Assembly: GCF_009914755.1 (NCBI RefSeq)
Contig: NC_060926.1
Source: the human T2T-CHM13v2.0 reference genome, Homo sapiens
Reading direction: 5' to 3' (one strand)
DNA length: 64,000 bases
Part shown: positions 11,905 through 27,510 of the stretch, piece after piece
Layout of the letters: each line of letters starts with the position of its first letter
How positions within the stretch are numbered: position 1 is the stretch's first letter
Program-made: the position numbers and the translations under genes
The notes under the pieces: generated by a model
Told to the model about the DNA's origin: nothing
Databases searched by the model: none
The model's input: only the letters and a program-made list of their open reading frames with translations

Positions 11905-12432
11905 TATTGAAGCTAATAAAATTTGCAGACCTTAAAAAAATACAAAATTAGGTTCAAAAGTAAATATCCATTTAGTGTGAGAGAAATCATACCAAATTTT
12001 AACATTTACTGCTAGCAAATATGACAAACCACAAAATAACATAATATTTTAACTAATTGATTAGAATCACCTTTCCAATACTCCTTCCCCTTAATTTTTT
12101 TCCCACAGAATACCCTTTGATTGCCTTTCCATGTAACAATTTTCTAATATTTTCTGGAGAAAGAGAATTTATAATTCATCTTTAGCATGGTGATTTTTTT
12201 TTTGTTGACAATTTACAAAAAGTGCCTGTAGGGTTGTTGTTGAATTTAGGGAAACTTCTATTAGGTTTTATTCATATAAAAGCTGTAGGGTTTTAGGGCA
12301 TTTAAAATATTTCATTATAGCCACTAATCTTAAACACTCTTTGAATCGAAGAGTCTCTAGCCAGGGCCTTGGAAATGCTCTGTGAAAATGAGGGGCCTAA
12401 TGTTTTATTCATGTCATGCTAAATCCACCTTG
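11905..12432 (+). mobile_element. hAT (Arthur1-like) DNA transposon remnant
   Basis: tacaaaattaggttcaaaagtaaatat...gagaaatcat and terminal gaggggcct...catgctaaatccacct resemble Arthur1; a similar left-end piece lies at ~10958-11010. Confidence 0.45.
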
Positions 12433-13479
12433 CACAGATTTTTAATAAATTAACTTCTCTAATCAACCCACCACCTACATAACTCATTTTACTTCTGTGG
12501 AGAGAAGAGACGGTGCACAGAATCCCGGAGAGTTAAGGAAAAATTCCTCCTGATGGAAACTAAATGAAGAGAATCATCGTCCCCCTGAAAGAAGAGTGAC
12601 CTTCAGGGTTATCTGCATATGGAGAAATGTGCAAGGTGAACCGAAGTCACAGGACCAGATTCCCTTTTCTCCATTGATCTAAAAAGTGTGATGTTTCTGC
12701 TTCTGAAGCTGGAAAGGCCCAGCAGGGCCCAGTGTGACTTTGTAGCTCCTGAAGTAAGGCAAAGATGCTTCCTGTGGCGCTCAGTTCCAAAGGCAGCTTG
12801 CTAGCTTTGTGAGACTTGGCTGTTCAAAAATAGAGTACTAAAGTCCCTGGTCAGATATATCCTGGGTGAGAATGATCATCTGGACAAAATTCAAAATAGG
12901 TTTTTATTTTACTTCTAAAGCAGCAAGTAAGCATAAAAAAGTAAATACAAGAGACAAAGATACAAAGACTGATACAAACAAATAGCATTGCCTCCCTTGT
13001 TACCACTTATGGGTGCAGCTGAGGCCCATAGTGAACTAACCACCACTGACAGGAGCTTGTACTCTGGGCTTGCCATCTTTTATACCTCCAGCTCCATCAG
13101 CACTCAGATACACATTATTTCATATATAAAAATGATAATTACACTAGTTAGAGAACGTATGTCTGCATTGCACATTTTAAATATCCTGCCAGGCCCACAC
13201 TGAGATAATCTCTCTTCACAAACACCTGATTCATGGACTCAAGAGTCTTCCATTTTTGTCCATTCAAGGACTGAGTGCCTAGACTTAGAAAATATTGCAC
13301 AAATTTTTGTAACATCAATAGATAAGCTTTCAGCTTACAGGATTATAAGATAGAAGGTGACACATACATGCATGAGAAACAAAAAAGCATACCTGGAGCA
13401 GTGTTTTCTTTTAACCTGATAGTTTAATAAATAGCTGCTGAAATGAACATCTGTTTATGAACTGTTTGTATCAGTATTT

Positions 13480-14110
13480 GTCCCCTTACAAAAAAAAGTA
13501 AGAGCGAGAGAGATCCTATCTTGTTGGGGAATTCAAGCACGGCTTAATGAAGTAGGTAGCATTTTGAATGGGTCTTGAAGGATGGAATTTGACAGATGAT
13601 ATATTTCAGGAAGAAATTCCAGATGGAGAGAACCTCATTAGCACAAGACACAAAAGAAAGAAATCATGCGACGTGTTTGGAGAAAAGCAGTAATACAGTT
13701 TAACTGAACTGAGGGATGCCTGAGGGGCAAAAACTGAACTCAAAGTTTAGAGCTGGACTGTGAAGCTGAAGAGTTGGGATTTCTTTCCCTAGCAATGTGG
13801 GCACCGTGAAAAGTTTTGATGACGACATGATCAGGATGTACTTTAAGAAGATGAATCTGCCATCAAGAATGCAACTAGTACTGAAGAAGAGTGTAACCAC
13901 AGATCCATCAGCCCAGTTAGGATGTTAAAACAATAATTTAAGTACAAATGTAACTAGGACGGTAGCTCTGGAAATAGAAAGAGAATGAATGTGAGGACAA
14001 GACAAGGTGAGCTTCTGCCAAATGGCTCAAGTGGGAGAATCTCTGAGCAGGGAAATAGGCAGGAGAGTACAAAGTGGATAGAGTGTCACCTAAGAAGCTG
14101 TGAAGTTTGA
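13480..14110 (-). mobile_element. L2 LINE fragment
   Basis: tttgaatgggtcttgaaggatgga, gacatgatcaggatgtactttaagaagat; purine-rich antisense L2 pattern. Confidence 0.65.
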
Positions 14111-14789
14111 AATCTGGAATCATAAGCTTGCTGGGAGCATGCTACATAATTTCCATGTGTTGATCCTCCGATAGGCTCAGCAGACCAATGGCTCAGTGGA
14201 TCTGGGCATTAGGAAGTCATCTCCAAATCTAACCTGCAGGCTCTACACAAACAGGAACAGTGTTTATTTTCTTCACCATTGACTACTCAGTGCATAATCT
14301 GGTACCTACTAAGAGCAGTTATTTAAGATATCTATTTTGGGTAAAATAAAAATTATAGTTGAGTCAATGGAAAAAAGACAGCAAAGTGTAATGAGTGTAA
14401 AAATTAGGGAAATGGGTCAAAGGCAGAACATTAAGTAACACTCACAAATTATGCTTTGCAAGAGGAATAAAACATCTAAGACCAGCAGTAGTACTGTGAC
14501 AGTGTTGTAACATAACAATATTTCCTAACAGAGTAAGCAAGTTATAACTCACATGCTTACAGTTCAGTGGAAAATAGGAGAAAATTTGCACCTAGAATAT
14601 TTCTGGGCTTTGGGAACAAACATTGCAACATTAGTAGTTGATGCTGTTTATTAAAAAGTTATTTGTAGAAAGGGATGGGGTAGATTGAGTGTCCGTGTAT
14701 GTATTCTCAGTAATCACCCTTTCTGGTGATTTTGTAGACGTGAAGGAGGAGATGAGTAAATATCGCAATGACAGAATGATGTTTTTAAA

Positions 14790-15687
<898 letters not shown>

Positions 15688-15709
15688 TTACTAAGTGTTT
15701 ACATGAATT

Positions 15710-15985
15710 GAAGGTAGTAGTGTAGTGTAAAAAGCATGGACTTGGAAACTGATAACCTTGTGCAAACCTCAGCTTTACCACTTTATTCAATGTGTGAACT
15801 GAGGAAAATTTTGGAATTCTCTGTGTCCAAGGTTCCCCATCAATAAAATGAGTAACAATTTAGAGTTGTGTGATGATTAAGTAACTGAAAACCAGAGAGA
15901 TTAACTGCCCAAGTTCTTAAAGCTATAAGCCAAAAAGCTGAGAACCAAACCCAAGCAATCTGAAAGTCTGATTAACCACTACATG
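15710..15985. mobile_element. MIR fragments in both orientations
   Basis: ggtagtagtgtagtgtaaaaagcatggacttgga, ccccatcaataaaatgag, gattaactgcccaag. Confidence 0.6.
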
Positions 15986-18900
15986 AAGGAATAAAAATAT
16001 ATATTATATAATGTAGAAATAACTTCCACCTCTAAAATTACGTGTAGATAGGCAGAAACATCCATACACACTTACACCTCTTCCTTACACCCCACCCTGC
16101 TCCCTCCTCTTCTGCAAAGCATTGAGTGGACTGCTGGGCCACTTAAACCCATGGGCAAATATTCCAAGAAGCAAACTCAGGCCAAGATTATCTTTCACAC
16201 CAATGCCATAGAGTCAAAAATAGAGAAGACCAACAATCACGGATGCCCTGTAGTGAAATTGTGACAAACACTTCTGCACTCATATCTTGCTTTTCATTGG
16301 AATATCACTTCACTAACAGATTTCAAATGCCACTTCTTTGCATGTGCACACACCAATATGCTTTATTTGATATTTATCACTTAAACACATGAAAGGTTGC
16401 AAAAAAAATTGTGTCCAATGATACTTGATGACAAAGCATTAGTGACCCAGTCCTTTTCCAGACCTAATGATATTTTGCCCCAATAGCCTAATGCTCTATA
16501 GCTCATACAAAACCAATAAGGCACCCATGAAACACGATAGGACATGTGCAGTCACGGTGGAAATGAAGGGTACAATGAAGCTGTTGAGAACACGCTTATA
16601 AATATGACCATTTCATTTTATGTGGAAAGGCAATTGATCTCTAAGCATTGAGAAAATGCTCAGATTGTCCTTTGCTATTAAGTTATCCTCACCTCTGCTC
16701 CTTTCAGTTGACCTGCTTGTAAATGGGTCCTGGAGTCTTGTTTTATGTAGGGGTAGCTGAAGGTGATTGTGTGTCCTGGAAACCATTGACAAGCAAGAGT
16801 ATCCAGAGTATCATCATGAAAAAACAGCATTTCTTTCATTTCCTCAATAATTATTAGGAAGCACCTCTGCTTCTAAAACCATGAGTCTCATGAGGACATT
16901 CACAAATAAACCCATGCATCCTGAGAACCTCACAATGAACTGTGCTGCTGAGATTTGAAACAAATATTTCAAAGTGGGCTTTAAAAACTGAAAACTGAGC
17001 AATGTTGGGCTCAAAAATTCCCATTTGTAGGTTTTGAAAAACAAAAGAGGTAAACTTTGCTGCATAAATCCCATAAGAACTCCAGAGAACAGGAAAAGGA
17101 AGGATTTATTTAGGGAATACACTGTTAATTTGCCAGTTGTGAGTTTTCAGAACGCATGTGTCTCATGTCGCCAGTGTATACTAGATTATATATATGAATG
17201 TGGTTTATGGTTTCCTTTTGATGTTGTTAGTATTTATGTTTCTTGTTGTGTCATTTTAAAGAAAATGAAAAATATTGTCTTGTAAGTTTCTCTTTTCCAA
17301 AAGGCAAATTGGCAAACATTCCCTTTTGACCCCTTCCAGGTGGGGGATCTGAACCCCGACAGAGTAGTTTACATATTAAATTGATAACATGAGCCTCTAT
17401 GGAAAAGGAAAGGCAAGCTAAAATACACCCTGGGGGAATTCTAAGGTGCAGGAATGTGATCCTATTTCTGTGTAACCAGAACATTAATATTAATAGTGAG
17501 TTAGGTGTACTTCCTTAGCAAGCAACTCTTCTCCCCAGGGTGTTCTCACAGCACTCTATCTCCCCTTGGTTCTGATCCTGTTTCCTGACTTTGAAATTCA
17601 GGCATCAGATTGTTAGCATTTTTCTGCAGATTCCTCCTTTTCTTTACAGATCAGAAAGAGTCCAGACTCATCCTCCAATTGTGATACATATTTGGTTCCA
17701 TAGTTACACAGGGATTTCCCTTCCTTCTCTCTACTTCCATTAAAAATTGCTTCTCTTATTTCCCCCATCCTCATAGTTATGCTGACTTATGCCATTTCCA
17801 AGAGTAACAGTCCTAGATCCCTGAATTATGGGAGTTTAGGTTTCATTAATTAGGTTAAGTGCCAAATAATTAGTATTTTTAAGTGCATGTACAACGTTGT
17901 CAGAAGAACACAAGCCACCAGAAGAGAAACTTCATTCCACTCTGCCATGATTAGGATTTCCACTCTCATGAGCACAGCTTTCCACCACACATTCTTGTTT
18001 TAGTGGTCCATGCCTTTGGAAATTTGTAGAAAATATATGAGTAACAGCTGTAATTACCAATAAATAACATGGGATGCATTGTTCAGGACAGTAGATTTTT
18101 ATATGTTACAACATGTATTTTTAAAGCATTTCAATGAATAATTAAGATCACCCCATTTTGCACACCATAAATATCATTCCAAAAAGCTCTCACACATGTT
18201 AGAGCACAAGCACATATATATTGAACCATTTTGGGATGAGACGTTGATTCCATTTCCTGACCTCTGTTTTGGTTTCTTGAAGGCAAATCAAGTCTCTGGG
18301 CAAAATGGACACAAGGACTTCTGTCAAAAGAGAATGTGCACCACCTCATTAAAAAACTAGTGGGCATTGTTGCTACAACATATTGTAAATTCACTTCAAT
18401 CTACGTTACCTACTCAAAAATTGCATCTTATGGCAGGCATGCACAAATAATTTTCAATATTGGAAAAATATGTCTTTATCTGCTTGAACCTCAATGCACT
18501 AAGAATGTTAAATCTGAACTATTTTGATATTTATTCATCCCAATCATTTTATAGATGAGGAAGTGAAGTCCCAAAGAGAGAAGTTGTCTTGCAGACAGTA
18601 ACACAGTAGCAAAACTTATAATCATACAGCATTGGGACACCTAGAACATAGAACTTTTTGTTACAGATAATGAATGGAACCCCTGTTTCTTTCTTCTTTA
18701 TACCACTAAAATATTAGTAAATAAAGATTTTAAAATATCAACTGATAATAGCAACTAGAATAGGAAAGGAGACAGTATGTAGATGAGATTCCACAGATTG
18801 CTAGAATGCAGAGGCGGATGAAGGGATAGTTTGTGAAACAAGACAGAGGTAGCCAGTGTTCTCAGTGTTAACATGTGTGACAGATGGCAGGAGGCAAGGA

Positions 18901-19313
18901 AGTCCCAAAGTAGCCAAAGTCCAGTACACCCAGAGAAAAACCAGCCCAGCACATAGCAGTGGAACAGATGGTTTTTGAAAGGAAAGTTCCTGGAATAAAC
19001 GGTGAATGACATTAAAATGGAGCCTTGGAGAAGGATGGGTGGGGGTGTCTATGACAAGAAAGTACTATGACAAGATGGAAATAAAGCCAATTTGTAATGT
19101 CAAAAAATTGCTATACAAAGAAGAATATAAACATGACTAGCAATGAGACCTAACCTAGATGTGATAAAATTGTTAAAATTGTTGAGAACTCAACTGCGTA
19201 CATAGAACATTGTCCTATGCACAAAGAACTGTTGGAGTTCCAAGTTGAAGAAAAAGTCCTTGCTCTCCAGGAGCTTGGGTCTGGTGAGGAAGAGAAACAT
19301 ACACATCTCATAA

Positions 19314-19631
19314 CAGATGACGGCTTGAAATAATTTTTCAACTTCACGATGATGCAAAAGCAATATGTATCCAATAGAATCCGTGCTTCAAGTATTCATA
19401 CAGCCATTCTGTTTTTCACTTTCGGTATTCAATTACATGAGATATGCAATGATTTATTTTAAAAAATAAGTATTGTATTAGATGATTTTGCCCAACTCTA
19501 GGCTAATGGAAGTGTTCTGAGCACGTTTAAGGTAGGCTAGGCTAAGCTATGATGTTCGGCAGGTTAGGTAGATTAAATGCATTTTCAACTTACAATGGGA
19601 GGTAATCCCATCATAAGCAGGGGAGCATCTG
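19314..19631. mobile_element. MER47A (Tigger-derived) inserted in an L2
   Basis: Ends cagatg / catctg; gttctgagcacgtttaaggtaggctaggctaagctatgatgttcgg; L2-like flanks at ~19190-19310 and ~19640-19975. Confidence 0.88.
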
Positions 19632-19977
19632 TATAATATAAATCACACTAACATATATTCTATGAGAATGTTTCAAACAACTTGTGGTAGCTCAAAAAAA
19701 GAAAAACAATTCAGACTGTAGAATCCAGAAACATTTTATGTTAGACTTTAGCCTTCAAAGACAGATAGGATTTGGAAAATTAAATGATGGTGGGAAAGTC
19801 TTTCACAAGGAGAGCATAGGGAGAGCTAAGTCATGGATACTAGGAAGAACACTCATGTTTAGGAATGGTGAGCATGGGACTGGTGAGCAGGAACTTGGGA
19901 TGAATCAAGGATTGCTCTGGAGGAACATTTTCCAGATCATGAACAGCCTGGAATCCAAGAGAAAGGAATTTGGATAT

Positions 19978-20570
<593 letters not shown>

Positions 20571-20660
20571 GTGCTTCATTTTGCTTTGCTTTTCTCTGCC
20601 GTATACCTTGAAAGACTTCTGAACAGAACTTGCCAACTCTCAGATTCTGTAGTCAGCCTC

Positions 20661-21190
20661 TGTCCTGGTTATCTATTGCCGTGTAACAAACCACCACAGA
20701 ATTTAGTAACTTAAAACAGCAACAAACAATATTGCAGTAAGCAATATATTTACTCTTCTTATAAATTAGCCATTCAGGCAGGACCTCCATGACATTGGTG
20801 GGGCAGTTCAACTGGGGATGAAGTATTCACTTCTAAGATGACTTAGCCACACAGCCCGCCAGTTAGTGTTGGCTTCCAGCTGACAGCTTGGACAGGGCTG
20901 TCAGAGGCCTAGTTTCCCTTTCTGCAGGCCTCTCCACAAGGCTGCTTGGGCTTCCCCTCAGCATGGTGGCTGGATTCCAAGAGTGTTCCAAGAGGCAAGA
21001 AATAGGAGTGGAAGCTGCTGATCCTTTGAAGGCCTGGTCCAAGAAGCTGGCACAACATTTTTACTGTATTTTATTAGTCAAGCCATAACAGAGCTTATCT
21101 TATCTAGAATGTAGGTATAGAGACATGGACTGTACCTCTAGGGAGAGAGACTATCAAAAAATTTGTGGCTATTTTAAAGCTTTCCATTCA
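20661..21190 (-). mobile_element. MLT1 (G/H-like) LTR
   Basis: gttatctattgccgtgtaacaaaccaccaca...ggcctctccacaaggctgcttgggcttcccctcagcatggtggctgg. Confidence 0.8.
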
Positions 21191-21279
21191 AGGGAGAGGT
21201 CTTTTGAATAAAAGATTTATTCAACAACAAAGGCAACCTACACTAGCTGCCTATATAAGTTAACCTACTCTTCTTGTCA

Positions 21280-22700
21280 GACATTTGATGAAAATAAATG
21301 CAGAAAAGAATGATCAAGGTGGACAAAAAGAATAACGCTGGAGGAAACATAACTCATACAAGTTGTCAAAAATAACTTTTCTACTCTAATATGAATTAAA
21401 TTCTAATTAACCCACAATTATCCCCAAATATACTAGAGAGGATATTAAATCCATGAAATAAGCATAGGTTGCTATTACAAAAAAAAGTTGAGATCTAAGA
21501 ACAAAAAAGGATTCCGGGAATTTATGTATTTAATTGCTAAAATATAAAATTCACTACAGAGATTGAATCTTAGAATGGATATGACTGAAGACCAAGTTAG
21601 ACATCTGAAAGATAACACAAAAATAGATCACACTGAATGTAAGGCCAAAAGACAAAATGATGAAGCAGAGAAAAATTAAAGCACACAGAAGCTATATCCA
21701 GAAGGCACAACATCTGTCTATGAGGCATTCCATAAGGAGGATAGAGAGAGAATTAAAGGCAAGGCATGAGCAAGATAAGAAAAAAAATTTCCCTAAAATG
21801 AGTGCATAGACTTTCAGATGGAAAAGTTGCCGATGTCAAGAAGAGGAATTGATAAAAGGCTCACACAGCTGTAATCTGGTGAAATTTCTGAATTTTAAGT
21901 TTGAAAAGAAAGCTTTGGACTCCAGAGGAAGAAAACTAGAAGAATCAGATTAAAATCAACATTAACATTACTAATGCTGAATTCTAAAAGAGAATGAATG
22001 CCTTCAAATGTCTGAAGGAAAACTATATGAATGTGTAATTTTATGTCTAGCCAAACTATCAAACCAATATAAATAATTACATTTTTAGAGGACTCAGAAA
22101 ACTTATACTGCAAGACCCTTTCTGAAAACAGCACTTAAAGTTATCTTCTAGCAAAAAGGAAAAAGAAATTCAAGAAAAATAAATGAGATCTTATAAAACA
22201 GTAAACCAACTTAAAAGGGCAATGAGATGATACCCTAGGATTATGTTATCAAAACAGGCCAGATTATAGTAAGTTAGAAGCCTCTAGAAGAATAATTCAA
22301 TTACTTTGCTGAAAGAATGTGGAAAAATCTTGAGGGTTTCATGAAAAAAATGCATTTAGAAAATAGTTCGGAAATTTGAGACAAGCTCTATAATGAAGTC
22401 GTTATCCAAATACGAAGTCAACTATTGAGTAAAAGAAAGAAGAATCCATTTGATCGTAATACCGATAATTTCTCCTTCAAATGGCACAGGTTTAATGACA
22501 TAGCATTATGTTTCCTTCTCTTTGGACTTAATCATAAAATCTTAGTTCTGTAATGAAGAAAACCTACATAATCATAGCGTATTATGTACTGTTTATTGTT
22601 TTATAATCAACCTATGGACAAATCTTAAAAGCCTGGAATGAGTCTCTTTCTCACTACACTCTTTTGCTCTCAAATACATATATTTTCTCTATCAGTATAT
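21280..22700 (+). mobile_element. HAL1 / ancient L1 ORF1-like region
   Basis: Degenerate ORF1-like motifs: ccagaaggcacaacatctgtcta, gactttcagatggaaaag, gaatgccttcaaatgtctgaaggaaaa, tagccaaactatca. Confidence 0.6.
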
Positions 22701-22792
22701 AGAAAAATAAACACTTATATTCTATGTACATGTGAATGACACACACACAAACATTTCCTTATATAAATCACCTCTGTAAAATCAGTGTACTA

Positions 22793-23089
<297 letters not shown>

Positions 23090-25221
23090 TTATATATATA
23101 TATATGTTTTATATATATATAAAGTATATATACACACTATATATATAATATATAAAAATATTTATAGGTTTTTTAATATATTTTTTTCTCAAAAGAAAAA
23201 AAAGTCAATGGAATGACTGGGCAGAAGGAGTGAAAGAGACTTGGGAGTGTGTAGGTATACTAATTTCTTAATTTTATATAACTAGACCCTGCTTAAGATT
23301 AATGGTTCAAAATCCAGAAGTTTAGGTATTTAATTTGTGGTTCTAAGGAAACAAAACTAGAAAGAATACTACAAAGAAAATTCAGAAAGGAGTGGAAAGT
23401 AGCATATATACACTAAATTCCCCGTTTTTTCTAGTGGTTAGTATATAAATGTTACTTAAAGTCATTAAATCAAGAAAGAGGGGTATAAATGTAGCATTAT
23501 TGAAGTAATCAACTTTTTTTGAGGAGGTGGGAGTGAGAAGGGAGCCCAAGAGATACCCAATTGCTCCCAGGAAGGGGCACGAGCTCTTTTGAGGTAGCTC
23601 TCTTGAATGGGAGGCAAGCCCTTCTGGCTGAGCAGCTGGAGGACAGAACACTGCAGTCCCGGGGTGGGGCTCTGTGTGATGGACCCCAGCCTCCACCACA
23701 GGGAGTGGCTGGATTGGTAATACCTCCGACTTCATAGAAAGGAAATTCAATCATTGGGGTCTGTTGTATGTAGATTTTCTATATTATTTGGTAGCTACGA
23801 GGTGTTTTTTTCTCGTTTATATTAAAAATATTACTGTTAGAAATAGCACAGAAATATTTTCAAGTCATTCTTTCCAGCATGAATATCTTTTTGTAATAGA
23901 CTCTCTGTAAAACCATAAGCAATTAGGACATATTTGCCCAAACTCTCTCAAAACCTAAGGCATATTTCTCTTCTTATGCAAAATGAACCTTTTGAAATGT
24001 GTGAAAGCATCATCTCTCCTAATTATAAATTCTGTTAAATTTATTCTACTTCTACTCTGTCATGAAAAAATAGTAGTTATATTTAATTCCACAACTTTGC
24101 CTATAGCTTATAAATACGGTATGATTTTATTAATTCTGTTTCTACTAAATTGGATTTATAATTATTATAACAGATGACTTGACATTCATTTTTATCCTAT
24201 GATTTTTAGAATACCTTTGTAGTTTCATAAAAATACATATTCATAAAATTTTCAACAATTACAGGAAAGTATAAAGAATAAGACAATCACATCAAAGAGC
24301 ACCACTCAAAAATAACTGGTGTTAATATCACTCTAGATTATCTCTCTGTATGGATGCATAGGTGGATGGAGAGAGAGAGAGAGAGAAAATGAGTGGTAAA
24401 GAGATAATAGAAAAATATTTATATAAGTGGAATTATGTTCACATACTGTTTTACAGAATCACTTTTTACAAGAGAGTAATGATTATATGTCAAATTTGTA
24501 AAATATTTGTGATAATAATCTAGTCACTTCATTTCTCATTAAAATCATCGTGCTTATGACCTATGAGCTTTTTCCAGTTTAATTTTAAACAATCTGAATT
24601 ATTTGTCTAACTTCTGTTATAAAGCCATAACATATATTAAACATTTACAATGTGTCAGGCATCACATAAACTACTTTTAAAACGATCATCTCATTCAGCG
24701 TTTCCAATACAGCCATAAAACTTTAGTCCTAACAGAAAGGTTAAGCCACGTGTTCCAGACTACACAGTTAAGTATCAGACTGGACCTAAACCCAGCCATA
24801 TGGAGTCTTAAGCACTACAAAATCCATAATCCTCTCATTAACATAACCCACTTACAGGACCAAGGAATTAGTAATATTTTTTTCTTATTTGAATTTAAAG
24901 TATCTTAAATTCACAATATCCTGGCAAATTCAGTAAATAATTACTAAGAATCTAGTAGCTATGAGGCACTGATAAATTTTTTAAAAAGGAAAAGGAAAGA
25001 AATGTTTGTGTAAGGGATCTTATAAAAGAACAAACTAATAACCATAGGAAGCTGCTTGTATATTTCTATAATGTTTATATTTACTGATTAGAAAATGTGG
25101 TTTGTTTCTTGACTGTCCTTTTTTCCTACACATATGTAAATATGCATTTTTTAATAAAACTGAGAAGAGAGTTTCTATCCCATTCTGTAGTCTGCTTCTT
25201 TTTCATATAACATAGATTTCC

Positions 25222-25380
25222 GGGGAGGGGAGAGGGATAGCATTAGGAGATATAACTAATGCTAAATGACGAGTTAACGGGTGCAGCACACGAACATGGC
25301 ACATGTATACATATGTAACAAACCTGCACGTTGTGCACGTGTACCCTAAAACTTAAAGTACAATAATAAATTTTAAAAAA
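25222..25380 (+). mobile_element. L1PA (PA3-5-like) extreme 3' end
   Basis: gggatagcattaggagatataactaatgctaaatgacgag...ccctaaaacttaaagta; TSD core agatttcc at 25214-25221 and 25383-25390. Confidence 0.92.
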
Positions 25381-25895
25381 CCAGATTTCCATTTTCCATG
25401 TCATTAAACATAATCTTAAAAAATAATTCTTAGCTCTTTGGATGTAATTTTAACAGGTACATTCTAGCTTATAGTTGAGCCACAAAATATTTTTATTACT
25501 CCCCAATTGTTTAATGTTTATGCTTTACCTTTTTTCTATTATAAAACAGTACTTTTAATTAACTGCAGGAAAGTCCTAGGGCAGAAATAATTCAACTTTT
25601 TCAATTATTCAAGAAAAGAGAGGAGGAAAATATATTCAAGCAAAGAGGCTTTCTGATACTTAGAATCCCAAACTCATCTCCAAAATATGACTTTCAAGCT
25701 TAGCTCATGTCCTCTCCACGTTCATACTTGCACAAAGTGAAAATTTCATTTGCTTCTTTAAAATCTTTCCTATTCAATATGTTTTAACTTTTTTAGTGTG
25801 TTTGCTTGTTTATCTTGTGTGAAAGTCATCTTTGACATTGTAAATAGCCAATTAGAGATTTTCTAAATTTCTAGAAAAAAAGTTGTGTGTGTGTG

Positions 25896-26202
25896 TTTTT
25901 TTGTTTTTGTTTTTGTTTTTGAGGCGGAGTCTCGTTCTGTCACCCTGGCTGGAGTGCAGTGGCACGATCTCGGCTCACTACAACCTCCGCCTCCCCGGTT
26001 GAAGTGATTCTCCTGCCTCAGCTTCCCTAGTAGCTGGGATTACAGGCGTGCATCACTACACTCAGCTAATTTTTGTATTTTGAGTAGAGACGAGGTTTCA
26101 CCATGTTGGCCAGGCTGGTCTCGAACTCCTGATCTCAAGTGATCCACCCACCTCAGCATCGGAAAGTACTGGGATTACAAGCATAAGCCACCACACCTGG
26201 CC
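25896..26202 (-). mobile_element. AluS
   Basis: Full antisense dimer. Confidence 0.95.
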
Positions 26203-27342
26203 CTTTCCCATTATTTTATGCCTTGGTTGTTACCCAATCAACACAGGAAGATTCATACAGCATCCGTCTATATCCAATTGCCCAGTCTGAGAGTTTAACC
26301 ATCATTACTGAATAAATTTTCAAGCTTTGGTTTAGAAAACTCAAGCACTTCCAGCTGAGGTCTATTTCTTTTAAACTGATGTGATCCTAATGGCTTTGGT
26401 TGTTTTCTTTCCCTTAGCAGAGGGAAATAGTTCAATGGCTTAATTTTTCATGCTTTTATGGATTCAAAAATAAATAATTTATTGCCTTTGGGTAATTTTA
26501 TTATTCATCATGTTGCTTAATCTTAAATCCCTGGTTAAGTTTTCCTATAATTTCCACATACACTTTTTCCTGCTCCATAATACTTCAGATACCAGTTAAT
26601 AAATGTGTGTGCTGGCGTGTTGATTGCTGGGTTTAAATGCATGAATATGCTTATCAAATCCAAGGGATTAATTATTATAAGCTTTCTACTGCATTGAGGA
26701 GTATTTTGCTGGGAATTGAATATTAAAAATGCAAAAGATCTCTCTATGCAAAATGTAAACTGATTTATTCTCATAAGAACAGATAGTATAAGCTGAAAGA
26801 AAATTGGCAAAAGAAAGGAAATATATTCTAATTGGCTTCCTTGAATCTGCTTTGGTTTTCCTTCTCAATGAAGAGTTGGAGGAAAAGACATTTAAAGTAG
26901 CATGTGCAGAAAGACCAAAAACCAACAATCACATGATACTGAAAATGCTTCCAGAATTCCTCAGACTACATTTTGAAGTTAGTCATTATTGCTATAACTA
27001 TTTGGGTAAACCAGTAGTAACCAATACTTAAACATTGTGTATGACTCCTCATGTATGAAAACGTATCACTCATGGGTCAGTTAATTCAGAACACTTACCC
27101 TAAGATTTCTACCATTGTACATATGAAACTTGCAATGGGGACAAACAGCAAGATTATCAGGTTTGTTAACTGCTGTCTGGTGTTTAAAGGATGCGATTTG
27201 GTTTGTGGCATATCAAGATCATGTATAAAAGCAATCGAAAGCTGAGGGAGCATTTGTATTTGACAACGTTGGTCCAGTTTTTGATTAGGTACACGCACTT
27301 TTGCTATTAGTACTAGGTATAGGTCTCAGAGATCATTATGTT

Positions 27343-27510
27343 CAGTGGTTTTTAAATGTATTTCCTGGAGCCCTGGGGAACTTTCATGAAGTGTTGTGGA
27401 TGACATGGAAAAAAAAGAAAGATCAGGCAGGCCTTTACCACCTTGCAACCAAAGTTGCTCAGCTTTTACTTGTCTTATAAATTGAGGAAAAATATAAAAT
27501 TGTATTTGAA
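27343..27510. mobile_element. MER103-like hAT element
   Basis: cagtggtttttaaatgtatttcctggagccctgggg...caaccaaagttgctcagcttttacttgt. Confidence 0.5.
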
